Positions 19,634-29,221 of a stretch of 64,000 nucleotides of DNA are shown here, piece by piece; position 1 is the stretch's first letter; each line of letters begins with the position of its first letter. The notes below the pieces were generated by a model that worked only from the letters and a program-made list of their open reading frames with translations, was not told the origin of the DNA and searched no databases. Location: NCBI GenBank assembly GCA_964643755.1, contig CAZXUA010000001.1, positions 15,173 to 79,172 on the forward strand, given 5' to 3'. The stretch is from an uncultured Desulfatiglans sp. (lineage in GTDB: Bacteria > Desulfobacterota > DSM-4660 > Desulfatiglandales > HGW-15). The translations under genes and the position numbers were made by a program.

Positions 19634-20482
19634 ATGATTCGCAGATATTTTATAGCAGTATTGTTAGGTGCATTAATCATTAATGCTTTGTCTGTTTTGG
19701 CTTCATCAGAGTGCAGCAGGGCCGCGCTTCAGGAGAAAGCGGATAAGTATCTTGATGCGCTAAAAAAGGGATCATCTTCTGTCATGCCTCTTGCGCCTCA
19801 GGCAAAGTACATAGAAAACAGGAAAGAGATCCCTTTTAACGAAGGCATCTGGAAAGAGCCTCTCTCCATAGATTTCAGCCGCAGCCTTTTTGATGTGGAT
19901 ATCTGCCAGAGTTTTACAGAGATAATCCATGCAAATGGCAGCCATCCATATGTGATCGGCACCAGATTGAAGGTGGAAGATGGAAAGATATCAGAGGTGG
20001 AAAGCCTTGTGAGTGATGAGGATGACTGGCTCTTCAATGCTTCAGACTATCTCAAATATTCATCAACAGAAAAATGGGACATAATTCCTGCTGATAAACG
20101 CATGGACAGGAACGCCCTTATCAAGGTGGCAAGCGACTACTTTGACATATTTCAGGATTATGCAGCCTTTGACAGGATACCCTGGGGCATACCATGTGTG
20201 CGCATTGAGGGCGGAGCATATACAAATCCAAATAATGACCCTGAACCTTCATGCACAGCAGGTGTTCCAAAGGGCGGCGGCGTTCCTATGACAAACCGCA
20301 GCTATATTGTTGATGTGGATATGGGTTCAGTTGTGGGTTTTGTTGATTTTGGCGGGGCAAACGGCCTGCCTGATGCCCACACCTTTAGGCTTGAGAACGG
20401 GAAGCTCAGGTATGTTCATGTGATTACACTTTGCCCGAATGGATGCCCGAAAATACCAATGCCAAAGGATATGCCCAAATAA
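19634..20482 (+). CDS. secreted protein of unknown function
   Basis: Start set at MIRRYF..., preceded by an AAGGAGGA RBS. It has a Sec-type signal peptide and I recognise no family motif. Confidence 0.55.
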   Translation: MIRRYFIAVLLGALIINALSVLASSECSRAALQEKADKYLDALKKGSSSVMPLAPQAKYIENRKEIPFNEGIWKEPLSIDFSRSLFDVDICQSFTEIIHANGSHPYVIGTRLKVEDGKISEVESLVSDEDDWLFNASDYLKYSSTEKWDIIPADKRMDRNALIKVASDYFDIFQDYAAFDRIPWGIPCVRIEGGAYTNPNNDPEPSCTAGVPKGGGVPMTNRSYIVDVDMGSVVGFVDFGGANGLPDAHTFRLENGKLRYVHVITLCPNGCPKIPMPKDMPK

Positions 20483-20498
20483 AACAGAGGAGGATTAA

Positions 20499-21968
20499 AT
20501 GCACGGTGCGGAAAAAAAGAGATTCAATGCGGGACGCAGGGATTTTATCAAAACCATAACTATGGCAGGCGTAGCCGCAACTTTGCCAGCCGGGGCCTTT
20601 GCTGAGATGAATAGTGAAGAGGCTCCCCGGGCAAAACGGGCAGGTGGTAAAAAAAATATTCTTTGCCTTAGTGACAACCCTGAAACAAATGCAAAGTTTA
20701 TAGAGTCAATAGGAGCAATCCCCGGAACCACTCTTAAGGTATCTTCGCTAAAGGTCGATTATAAGAATCCCGAAGAGATTGTCAGGGCTGTTAATGAACA
20801 GGGCATGGATATACTCCTTCTGATCCTTCCCAAAATGACCTTCAGCTTTGGAAAGCTTTGTGACACAATGGGTGATCTTGAGATTCCTTTAATCGTCCTT
20901 ACCACAAACCCGGAGCTGATCCCTATAGATGCAAATCTTGCATCATCTTTAAGGGGAAATGGCGCAAATGTTACATTTGCGATTTCTCAGGAACAGGCGT
21001 TGGAGCGTATCAGGATTGCAGCATCACCCATGCTGCTTGAAGGCCAGCGCGCACTCCTGTATGGAAGGCCGTTTGACTCCACCACAGTAACCTCCCATAA
21101 CCTGAACGAAGAGATAATATTCCGGCGCACCGGGGTAAAAGTAATGTTCAGGCCAATTGAGGAACTGGCAGAACAATATAAAAAGATAGACGATAAAGAT
21201 GCCATAAAAGAGATGGAAAGATGGAAAAGGGAGGCTGCACAGGTTGAAGGTGTTTCTGATAAGACCATTATCGATGCATGCAGACTCTATGTTTTGTTAC
21301 GCTCACTGGTGGATAAAGAGGGGTTAAGTGCTGTTTCTATCGATTGCCTTGGTTTTACACTCAGCCCGAATCCTGTGCTGCCATATCCATGCCTTGCCTT
21401 TTCCAGGTTGCGGGATGAGGGTATAACTGCTGCCTGTGAAGCGGATGTGGTAAGTATGCTCTCATCCATGTTAATGGAACAAATAAGCCGCAAGCCTTCA
21501 TTTATGTGCAACCTGATGAGAGCAAATCCTGATGATTCAAATATAACAGTGAGTCACTGCGTTGCGCCATTGAAGCTCAATGGTACTGATGCCCCCCACT
21601 TGAAATACAGGCTTCACTCCTATCACGGGTTCGGCAAAGGGGCAGTGCCTGAGGTTGAATTTCCGCAGAACGGGAAGGTGCTGATAGGCGGGTTCAGCAA
21701 GGATCTGAAATACTTCACCCTGTGGCCCGGACAGATAGCAAGCCAGGTGAAGGATACTGAAAAGGCAAAGACAAAGAGCGGCCCGATAAACACTGCCTGT
21801 GCCAACACGATGGATATTAAAATCAGGGATCCGGAGAGGTTCATTCAAAACATCCCCGGGCTTCATCAGGTTGTTGTGTGCGGAAATTATACCGGCGCCA
21901 TTGAAAGCGCACTGACAGGAATGAATGTTAAACTTAACGGCCCAATGGATTTCACGCCGTTTACTTAG
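20499..21968 (+). CDS. Tat-exported L-fucose/L-arabinose isomerase-like protein (tentative)
   Basis: GRRDFIK twin-arginine signal. The overall length and the ...ITAACEADV... and ...HCVAP... blocks resemble the FucI/AraA-like superfamily. From memory, unverified. Confidence 0.45.
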   Translation: MHGAEKKRFNAGRRDFIKTITMAGVAATLPAGAFAEMNSEEAPRAKRAGGKKNILCLSDNPETNAKFIESIGAIPGTTLKVSSLKVDYKNPEEIVRAVNEQGMDILLLILPKMTFSFGKLCDTMGDLEIPLIVLTTNPELIPIDANLASSLRGNGANVTFAISQEQALERIRIAASPMLLEGQRALLYGRPFDSTTVTSHNLNEEIIFRRTGVKVMFRPIEELAEQYKKIDDKDAIKEMERWKREAAQVEGVSDKTIIDACRLYVLLRSLVDKEGLSAVSIDCLGFTLSPNPVLPYPCLAFSRLRDEGITAACEADVVSMLSSMLMEQISRKPSFMCNLMRANPDDSNITVSHCVAPLKLNGTDAPHLKYRLHSYHGFGKGAVPEVEFPQNGKVLIGGFSKDLKYFTLWPGQIASQVKDTEKAKTKSGPINTACANTMDIKIRDPERFIQNIPGLHQVVVCGNYTGAIESALTGMNVKLNGPMDFTPFT

Positions 21969-22007
21969 GGCATAGAAATAACAACCATTAATTTAAAGGA
22001 GGCATAT

Positions 22008-22673
22008 ATGAGTTCTGACCTGAAAAATGAAAAGAGCACATCACGCAGGGTGTTTATGAAGGAAATAGGCGCGGGCACAGCAGGGGTTGTCATGGCGGGC
22101 ATGTTTGGCGCGGCCTTCATGCCTGCGATGAAGGGCTTTGCGGAAACAGCAAGCACGATTGACCCAAAGGCGCCAGAGGGGTCAAAGTATCGTAAATGTT
22201 TTTTAAACGAACTGACAAAAGAGGAGAGGGATATAGGTTTTGGCGCAAGCCCCATGTTTGTCACCTTTGCAGATAATGACATCATAGAGGGGAGCCAGTA
22301 TTTTTCGGTCATGTGGATGGGCGAAAGGACAAGCAAGATGCTGGGGCACGGGCCACACACCCACCCTGTGCCTGAAATGCTGATAGCGATCGGTTCTGAC
22401 CCGAAAAACCCTGAGGATCTGGGTGCAGAGTTTGAGATGTTTATGGGAGAGGAGATGGAGAAGCATATTATCACCAAATCAACCATGATCTACATCCCCC
22501 CAAACACAGTGCACTGCCCGTTTAATATTAACAGGGTGACAAGGCCATTCCTCTTTATGCAGTCACACTATGGCGGTAAGCTGACCGAAAAGGCGAGGAG
22601 AGACCTGGTGCCAGAGGATATGAGGAACAAGTACATCTTTATAGATATGGATGGCTCCTCGGAAAAGAAATAA
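22008..22673 (+). CDS. Tat-exported cupin-fold protein (paralog B)
   Basis: SRRVFMK twin-arginine signal. It shares the block PH.H...E....IGSDPK...LGAE...IP...HCP with 19018..19590. Confidence 0.6.
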   Translation: MSSDLKNEKSTSRRVFMKEIGAGTAGVVMAGMFGAAFMPAMKGFAETASTIDPKAPEGSKYRKCFLNELTKEERDIGFGASPMFVTFADNDIIEGSQYFSVMWMGERTSKMLGHGPHTHPVPEMLIAIGSDPKNPEDLGAEFEMFMGEEMEKHIITKSTMIYIPPNTVHCPFNINRVTRPFLFMQSHYGGKLTEKARRDLVPEDMRNKYIFIDMDGSSEKK

Positions 22674-22702
22674 ATATTTATTTTCTCAAATTTATAAAAC
22701 AG

Positions 22703-22786
22703 TTGCAGGGGCAACCCCCTATGGTTGCCCAGAGGCTATTATCATGCCCGACCTGTGCGGGCCAGCCACGGGGGCCTGCCCCTACA
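22703..22786. repeat. GC-rich multi-hairpin element of the GTAGGGGCA...TGCCCCTAC family, copy 1
   Basis: GCAGGGGCAACC-CCCTAT-GGTTGCCC, GCCCG-ACCTGT-GCGGGC, ...GGCCTGCCCCTAC. Its ends are related to the element at 62087-62187. Confidence 0.6.
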
Positions 22787-22879
22787 GTTATATCCATTAT
22801 TATTCAATTCATATTACATCTTTTAGCGTCATTCGGCATTTATATTGTTCTCTATAAATTTGTTTTTTGACGAGGATGA

Positions 22880-23377
22880 TCATACATACTGACTGATGGC
22901 CTTATCCTCAGGGTTGTTCATGTCAAAGGAACAGAATTCCACATTTACAAAATTATCTTTAATGTTCCTTACAAAGACCTGTTTTTTAATAAGGGTTTTA
23001 TTAAGGTTATCCAGGTTGAATTCCACCTCTATTATGTCACCCTTCTGAAAAATGGGTTCTGTAAGCATCTTGAATTTGAGGCCGCCTTTGGATATATCCA
23101 TGACCGTTAATATGCCAGCCTGATCCTCCCCGAACAGGGAGCTGTAGGTAAATTTTCCAGGCAGCAGGGTATCTTTTCTGAAATATTTTCTTCTCTCAAG
23201 AAGCACCTCATAGACATAGCCGCATTTGCATTTGATCTTCAGCTTAATAGAGACCTCAAGCTTTTTATACTTTGAGACATCAGCCTCCTTTGAGACGTGA
23301 CACTTCGGACACTCGAAAAAGGCCGTATTTTTATCCGAGAGAAATATCTTCTGAACCGGTTCGTTTTCCATCAGCAA
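22880..23377 (-). CDS. PilZ-domain c-di-GMP-binding protein with N-terminal zinc-ribbon
   Basis: CPKC...CKC cysteines, the RRKYFRK (RxxxR) motif and DISKGG (D/NxSxxG). Confidence 0.7.
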   Translation of the reverse strand: MLMENEPVQKIFLSDKNTAFFECPKCHVSKEADVSKYKKLEVSIKLKIKCKCGYVYEVLLERRKYFRKDTLLPGKFTYSSLFGEDQAGILTVMDISKGGLKFKMLTEPIFQKGDIIEVEFNLDNLNKTLIKKQVFVRNIKDNFVNVEFCSFDMNNPEDKAISQYV

Positions 23378-23383
23378 CCTCTG

Positions 23384-24667
23384 TCAACTTATTTCCACTT
23401 CCCTGATTTCAGGTATCAGTATGTTTATTACCAGAAAGGCCAGTAAATATAAAGAGCCTGCAATGGCAAAGAGTATAAAATAACTGCCGGTAAATTCAAG
23501 TATAAAACCTGCTGCGCTCGCAATAAACATGCCGCCTATTGCCCCGAATGTGCCGCCCATACCCACCACAGAGGCAACCGCCTTTCTGGGGAATATATCC
23601 GATACAGTGGTAAAGAGATTTGCCGACCAGCCCTGGTGTGCCGCTGTTGCAAGGCTTAAAAGCCCTACGGCTGCCCAGACATTTGTGACCTTTGAGGCAA
23701 ATATAATAGGCACAGCGCACAGGGCGCAGACAAACATCGCTGTTTTACGGCTCCTGTTTACTGACCACCCGTGCTTCAGTAAAGATGAAGAGAGCCATCC
23801 GCCTGCAATGCTCCCGACATCCGCCATCAGGTAAATTACTATTAAAGGGGCAGCAAAATCATTTATTGTGAGGCCATGTTTTTCATTTAAAAATTTTGGT
23901 ATCCAGTAGATGTAAAACCACCAGGCCGGGTCGCTTAAGAGCTTGCCAAGGGCAAATGCCCAGGTGCCCCTGTAGATGATCAGCCTTCTCCAGGGGATTT
24001 TAATCTGTGTATCAGGCGGATCAGACTGGATATACTCCAGCTCAGCCCTGCTCACATATTTGCTCTTCTGAGGTGTGTCATAATACCTGAACCAGAAGAT
24101 GAGCCATAAAAATCCTGCTGCGCCTGTTAATATGAATGCCTCCTGCCATCCCCACAACTCTGTAATAAGGGGGACAACAAGGGGGGCTAATATTGCCCCG
24201 GCATTGGAGCCTGCATTAAAGAGCCCGGTGGCAAAGGCCCTTTCTTTTTTGGGGAACCATTCGGCAACCGTTTTAACAGCAGCAGGGAAGTTACCTGCCT
24301 CAAAAAAGCCCAGGAAAAATCGCGCAACGCCAAAGCCAAAGGCTGAACCTGCAAGCGCATGGCCGATAGCGGCAAAGCTCCATCCTGTCAGTGAGGCAGC
24401 ATACCCCCTTTTTGCGCCAAATATATCCATTAATCTACCTACCAGAAGAAGACCAATGGCATAGGCAGCAGTAAAGGCTGTAACAATATAACCATATTCT
24501 ATCTGGTTAAACCCTATATCCTTCTGAAGAAGAGGAGCCAGTATGCCTATCACCTGCCTGTCCACATAATTTATGGTGGTTGCAAAAAAGACAAGGGCTA
24601 CAATCACCCACCTGAAATGGCCGATATTTTTCGCATTATTTTTATTTTTATCAGGTTCTGAATACAT
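23384..24667 (-). CDS. exuT: MFS transporter, ACS family (hexuronate transporter-like)
   Basis: 12-TM MFS. The N-terminal region WVIVALVFFATTINYVDRQVIG resembles ExuT-type transporters, and uxuA lies next to it. Confidence 0.65.
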   Translation of the reverse strand: MYSEPDKNKNNAKNIGHFRWVIVALVFFATTINYVDRQVIGILAPLLQKDIGFNQIEYGYIVTAFTAAYAIGLLLVGRLMDIFGAKRGYAASLTGWSFAAIGHALAGSAFGFGVARFFLGFFEAGNFPAAVKTVAEWFPKKERAFATGLFNAGSNAGAILAPLVVPLITELWGWQEAFILTGAAGFLWLIFWFRYYDTPQKSKYVSRAELEYIQSDPPDTQIKIPWRRLIIYRGTWAFALGKLLSDPAWWFYIYWIPKFLNEKHGLTINDFAAPLIVIYLMADVGSIAGGWLSSSLLKHGWSVNRSRKTAMFVCALCAVPIIFASKVTNVWAAVGLLSLATAAHQGWSANLFTTVSDIFPRKAVASVVGMGGTFGAIGGMFIASAAGFILEFTGSYFILFAIAGSLYLLAFLVINILIPEIREVEIS

Positions 24668-24678
24668 GTAATCCCCTT

Positions 24679-25869
24679 TTAAAGATTCAGTGAACGCATA
24701 ATCCCAAGTTCAAGCCCCTTGAGCTCGAATAGCCCCCTCATACGCCCCAGCAGTGAGTAACCGGGGTATATGCCCTTTTTATCAAGCTCAAAGAGCATGA
24801 GCTGGCCATGATCAGGGCGCATGGGCATTACAGGCCTTTCCGCACCTGATTGTTCTCTTCTATCCTGTTCTATGAGCAGCTCTTTCATGATGGTGTACAG
24901 ATCAATATCACCCTCAAGGTGCGGTGATTCAATAAAATTGCCTGCTTCATCCCTTTCAAGGCTTCTCAAGTGGGCAAAATTGATTTTGTCCGCAAAGGCC
25001 TTCACCATACTTGTAAGGTCATTATTATAGCCTGCACCAAGTGAGCCTGTGCAGAAGGTTATGCCATTGTGTATGGAATCATATGCATCAAGGAGCTTTT
25101 CAATATCCTTTCGGGTGCCTGCCACCCTGGGTAGCCCCAGCAGGGTCCATGGCGGGTCATCCGGGTGTATTGCCATGAACAGGCCATACTCTTCAGCAGC
25201 AGGGGCGATCTCTTTGATAAAGAGGTAGAGATTCTCCCTTACTGCCTCCTCGCCTATGCTGTTATAATGAATGACCTCCTTTTTAAAATCATTAAGTGAC
25301 AGCGTGAAAAGGGAGCCTGGAAGACCAAAGAGGATTGTCTTTATCAGGCGCTCCTTGCCATCCTTATCCAGCTTTTTAAAATATATCTCTGCCTCCCTGA
25401 TAATATCAGGTGAGTAATCCTTTTCAGCGTCTGGTCTATCCAGAATAAAGAGGTCAAAGGCTGCAAACACCTTCTGTTCAAACCTTGTGGTTATTGTCCC
25501 ATCCTTTGTGGGCACACTAAGGTCTGTGCGCGACCAGTCCAGCACAGGCATGAAATTATAGCATATGGTCTTTATGCCGCATTTGGCCAGGTTCTTCATT
25601 GACTCCCTGTATTTTCTGATGAGCCCGGGCCGCTCTTCAGAACCTTTTTTGATATTTTCATGGACCGGCAGGCTCTCAACAACAGACCATCTGAGCCCCG
25701 TCTTTTCAATCTCATGCCTTCTTTGCATGATCTCATCCACAGACCATATCTCGCCCACAGGGATATGGTGCAGCGCTGTTACTATGCCTGTTACGCCAAC
25801 CTGTTTTATCTCCCTTAAGGTTATGGGGTCATTGGGGCCGAACCAGCGCCATGTATGTTCAAATGCCAT
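24679..25869 (-). CDS. uxuA: mannonate dehydratase
   Basis: MAFEHTWRWFGPNDPITLREIKQVGVTGIVTALHH N-terminus. The start was trimmed to avoid overlapping the upstream SDR gene. Confidence 0.9.
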   Translation of the reverse strand: MAFEHTWRWFGPNDPITLREIKQVGVTGIVTALHHIPVGEIWSVDEIMQRRHEIEKTGLRWSVVESLPVHENIKKGSEERPGLIRKYRESMKNLAKCGIKTICYNFMPVLDWSRTDLSVPTKDGTITTRFEQKVFAAFDLFILDRPDAEKDYSPDIIREAEIYFKKLDKDGKERLIKTILFGLPGSLFTLSLNDFKKEVIHYNSIGEEAVRENLYLFIKEIAPAAEEYGLFMAIHPDDPPWTLLGLPRVAGTRKDIEKLLDAYDSIHNGITFCTGSLGAGYNNDLTSMVKAFADKINFAHLRSLERDEAGNFIESPHLEGDIDLYTIMKELLIEQDRREQSGAERPVMPMRPDHGQLMLFELDKKGIYPGYSLLGRMRGLFELKGLELGIMRSLNL

Positions 25870-25876
25870 ATAGCTA

Positions 25877-26701
25877 TTATACCCCGCTGAATGAGCTGAA
25901 CCCGCCGTCAATGGGGATAATGGCCCCTGTTACAAATGAGGATGCATCGCCTGCAAGCCAGATAACAGGGCCAACCATCTCCTCCGGTTCACCAAATCTC
26001 TTAAATGGGGTGAGGCTGATAATGGATTTGCCCCGTTCTGTGAGCGAGCCGTCCTCATTGGTTAAAAGCTGTCTGTTCTGGTTTGTGAGCAGAAATCCCG
26101 GGGCAATGGCATTCACCCTTAACCCGCTGCCGAATTTACTGGCGAGCTCTACGGCCATCCATCTGGTGAAATTTTCGATAGCCGCCTTGGCTGCTGAATA
26201 CCCGGCCACCCTTGTTATTGCCCTTACTGATGCCATGGATGAGATGTTTATTATTGACCCCCTGCCATGTTCCGCCATGGATCTAGCAAAGACAAGGGTG
26301 GGTAGAACAGTGCCGTTAAGATTGAGGTCAGTAACCTTTTTAAAGGCATCCATATCAAGGTCAAAGATGTTCTGGCCAACACCAATGGTTGCGCCAGGCA
26401 TGTTGCCTCCGGCAGCGTTAACAAGCACATCGATCCTGCCATATCTTTTGAGTATTTCATCATTAACCTGAATGAGCCTGTCCTGGTCAAGAACATCACA
26501 CTGAAATGAAGTGATCTCATTTTCACCGGTTTTAAGGGCATCGACCATCCTTTTTAAGTTTGCATCTGTCCTGCCAAGGATGATTACCTTTGCCCCCGCG
26601 ATTGCAAAGCCCTTTGCTATGGCCCCGCCAATTATTCCACCGCCGCCTGTTATTAAAACAACCTTATCTTTGATGCTGAATAATGAACTGATATATTCCA
26701 T
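25877..26701 (-). CDS. SDR-family oxidoreductase (YjmF/UxuB-like fructuronate/mannonate reductase candidate)
   Basis: TGGGGIIG Rossmann motif, catalytic YSAAK, and a position directly upstream of uxuA. Confidence 0.7.
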   Translation of the reverse strand: MEYISSLFSIKDKVVLITGGGGIIGGAIAKGFAIAGAKVIILGRTDANLKRMVDALKTGENEITSFQCDVLDQDRLIQVNDEILKRYGRIDVLVNAAGGNMPGATIGVGQNIFDLDMDAFKKVTDLNLNGTVLPTLVFARSMAEHGRGSIINISSMASVRAITRVAGYSAAKAAIENFTRWMAVELASKFGSGLRVNAIAPGFLLTNQNRQLLTNEDGSLTERGKSIISLTPFKRFGEPEEMVGPVIWLAGDASSFVTGAIIPIDGGFSSFSGV

Positions 26702-26742
26702 ATCTTTGCAATCCCGACTATTTTTATTAACCTTCTCTTTGA

Positions 26743-27093
26743 CTATTCATACTCATTTGGCACAGCGCAGATAATTACAAACGGGCTCTTTTCTGAGCTG
26801 TTTCTGAACTGATGTTTTTCATCAGGGAGGACAAGGGCAAAATCACCTGCTTCAAGCGGGTGGGTAGTCTCATCCCCATCAACAAGAAGACCCTGACCGC
26901 TTATCACATAGTTAAGGTGTTCAAAACCGTGTGTGTGATAGGGGGTGTGTCCGCCAGGTTCTATGGTAAAGACCCTGAAACAGAAGGATGGGGTTCCGTC
27001 ATTTTTTGATACGGGCACCTGTTTGTAAACCTTCTCAGCCCCTGCCATTGCCATTTTTATCTTCTCTATCTCATTCAGTCTGATAGTTTTCAT
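26743..27093 (-). CDS. small cupin-domain protein
   Basis: GGHTPYHTHGFEHLNYVISG cupin motif 1. 116 aa. Confidence 0.75.
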   Translation of the reverse strand: MKTIRLNEIEKIKMAMAGAEKVYKQVPVSKNDGTPSFCFRVFTIEPGGHTPYHTHGFEHLNYVISGQGLLVDGDETTHPLEAGDFALVLPDEKHQFRNSSEKSPFVIICAVPNEYE

Positions 27094-27281
27094 TTCACAC
27101 CACTTTGATCATTTTTAAAGCTAAAATACATTTCCATTTAGCCTGTGTCAATAAAGCATATGCATTAAAACTAAAGATTGACTGATTTAAATAATGGTAT
27201 ATAAAGTATCTATATTGTAAGGCCCATGACAGGCGCTTATAAAACCCAATGCAATCACCATTTTTCAAGGAGGGACTCTAT

Positions 27282-28184
27282 ATGCAGCGATCCACACGAT
27301 CCTATTACCTGTTTTTATCACTTATCCTTTTTGTTTTTACCATCACTTCTGGTAGTTATGCCCAGGTGGTTAAAGAGGGGCATGCTCCTGTTCCTGAAGC
27401 AGTTGCCATTCCAAGACCTTCAGAGAGTGAGGTGAAGGCTGCCGAGGAGGCGCTTGTTAAATTTATGCAGACTGCTGACTCGAGGATTAAGGAGATTAAT
27501 TCAAAATACCCCGGTCTTATTTCTGTTACTGTGCCCCGTGATAATACCGCAACAGTGCCAGGCCTTATGCCCTTTTTTCAGTCGAAACACCAGGCTAACC
27601 TTGAGATTGCCGGAAAGGGTGATATAGATCTCCTGTTTTTGGGCGATTCCATAACAGACTTCTGGAGCAATGCTAGCGGGCCTTATGCAGGCAAGCCTGT
27701 TTTTGATAAATATTTCGGCCATATGAAGGTTGCAAATTTCGGGATAGCAGGTGATACCACGCAGGGGGTGCTTTTCAGGTTACAGAACGGCGAGGGCAAG
27801 GGTTTCAGCCCGAAGCTTGTTATGCTCATGGTAGGCACAAACAATACCATGCAGAATACAGCTCCTGAAATAGCCGAGGGCGTGGGTGCTGTTGTTCTTG
27901 AATTAGAAAAGGATTTCCCAACTTCAAAGATCCTGCTTCTTGCCATCTTTCCAAGGGATAAACCTGGCGACCAGGTTCGTAAAACCATAGATGAGGTAAA
28001 CCGCAGGATAGCAAAACTGCATGATGGGAAAAAGGTCTTTTATCTGGACATAGGCCAAAAATTTCTTGATGAAAATGGCTTTATTCCCAAGGATGTCATG
28101 AGCGACGCCCTTCACCCCACAACTAAGGGGTATGAGATCTGGGCAGAGGCAGTAAAGGGGCATATAGAAAAATTGATGAAGTAG
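27282..28184 (+). CDS. secreted SGNH/GDSL hydrolase (acetylesterase-like)
   Basis: Signal peptide. Block I LFLGDSITDFW, block III GTNN, and a C-terminal DALHPT (DxxH). The start is set at MQRSTRS with an AAGGAGGGA RBS. Confidence 0.8.
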   Translation: MQRSTRSYYLFLSLILFVFTITSGSYAQVVKEGHAPVPEAVAIPRPSESEVKAAEEALVKFMQTADSRIKEINSKYPGLISVTVPRDNTATVPGLMPFFQSKHQANLEIAGKGDIDLLFLGDSITDFWSNASGPYAGKPVFDKYFGHMKVANFGIAGDTTQGVLFRLQNGEGKGFSPKLVMLMVGTNNTMQNTAPEIAEGVGAVVLELEKDFPTSKILLLAIFPRDKPGDQVRKTIDEVNRRIAKLHDGKKVFYLDIGQKFLDENGFIPKDVMSDALHPTTKGYEIWAEAVKGHIEKLMK

Positions 28185-28237
28185 GTTAAGTTAACCCGGA
28201 GACCTGTGGTTTCCGGGTTAATAATGGAGATACGAAA

Positions 28238-28807
28238 ATGAATAACACCAGTCTGGAATTATTTTTTTTATTTCTCGTGATTTTCTCCATTTTTATAACT
28301 GGTATATATCCATTACAGGTATTGGCAGAGAAAGACCCTGTCCCTCCTGAAACAGCATCCCTGGAGGCCCGTTTGAAAAGATTGGAAGACCGAGAAGAGA
28401 TAAGAGGTCTCTTAATGGATTACGGGCGTTTTCTGGATAAGAGAGATTTCAAATCCTTTTCTGAACTTTTTGCAGAAACAGAAGGGGAATGGATCGGCGG
28501 GTTTGGCAGTGCAAAGGGATCGATAGCAATTTGCGACCTGATGGAAAAAACGATTGGAAAAGATACTCCAATAAGCCAGTCTGTGCATCTGTTTACAAAT
28601 GAGACAATTCGGGTAAATGGTGACAAGGCGAGCGCGCTAACCAAGTGGGTATTTGTGGTTACCGGCGAATCGGATCGTCCACAACCCTATTTCGTGGGCC
28701 ATTATGAAGACACAATGATAAGAGAGAAGGGGCGCTGGAAATTCCTGCGCCGTGTCGTTCATGCAGATATACCAGCGGATGATAAGATATCAACAGGAGA
28801 TAAATAA
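28238..28807 (+). CDS. SnoaL-like / NTF2-fold protein with N-terminal membrane anchor
   Basis: The pattern LEDREEIRGLLMDYGRFLDKRDFKSFSELFAE is typical of SnoaL_4-type domains. Confidence 0.6.
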   Translation: MNNTSLELFFLFLVIFSIFITGIYPLQVLAEKDPVPPETASLEARLKRLEDREEIRGLLMDYGRFLDKRDFKSFSELFAETEGEWIGGFGSAKGSIAICDLMEKTIGKDTPISQSVHLFTNETIRVNGDKASALTKWVFVVTGESDRPQPYFVGHYEDTMIREKGRWKFLRRVVHADIPADDKISTGDK

Positions 28808-28809
28808 TA

Positions 28810-29127
28810 ATGACAGAATATATACAGGTGTTTTCATCAGTTGTTAACCTTGAGGCCGCTGAAAAGATCGGCGAAAGCGTTATTGAAAAGAAGCTCGCAG
28901 CCATTGTCCAGATTACAGGCCCGGTAAAGAGCATGTACATGTGGAATGGTAAGTTACTCAAGGGTGAGGACTGGCGTATTGTCATGAAGACAACCAGGGA
29001 TCAATATCAAAAACTTGAGGCAGAGATAAAGAGGCTTCATCCATATGGTGTCCCTGAAATACTCGCCATGCCTGTACTTGAGGGTAACAGGGATTATCTC
29101 AACTGGATTAGTAAGGAATTGGGGTGA
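28810..29127 (+). CDS. cutA: divalent-cation tolerance protein CutA
   Basis: 105 aa, with the ...KLAACVQI-like block (KLAAIVQITGPVKSMYMW) and C-terminal YLNWI. Confidence 0.85.
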   Translation: MTEYIQVFSSVVNLEAAEKIGESVIEKKLAAIVQITGPVKSMYMWNGKLLKGEDWRIVMKTTRDQYQKLEAEIKRLHPYGVPEILAMPVLEGNRDYLNWISKELG

Positions 29128-29134
29128 TACAATT

Positions 29135-29169
29135 ATCAATGATCAGTGATCAGTTATCAATGATCAATT
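29135..29169. repeat. five tandem heptamers ATCA(A/G)T(G/T)
   Basis: ATCAATG ATCAGTG ATCAGTT ATCAATG ATCAATT. Each unit contains the palindromic TGATCA junction. It lies between convergent genes. Confidence 0.85.
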
Positions 29170-29221
29170 CATCCTGCTTCAAACAGGCTTAAAGGAAGAT
29201 ATCTGACACCAGGTTAACCTG

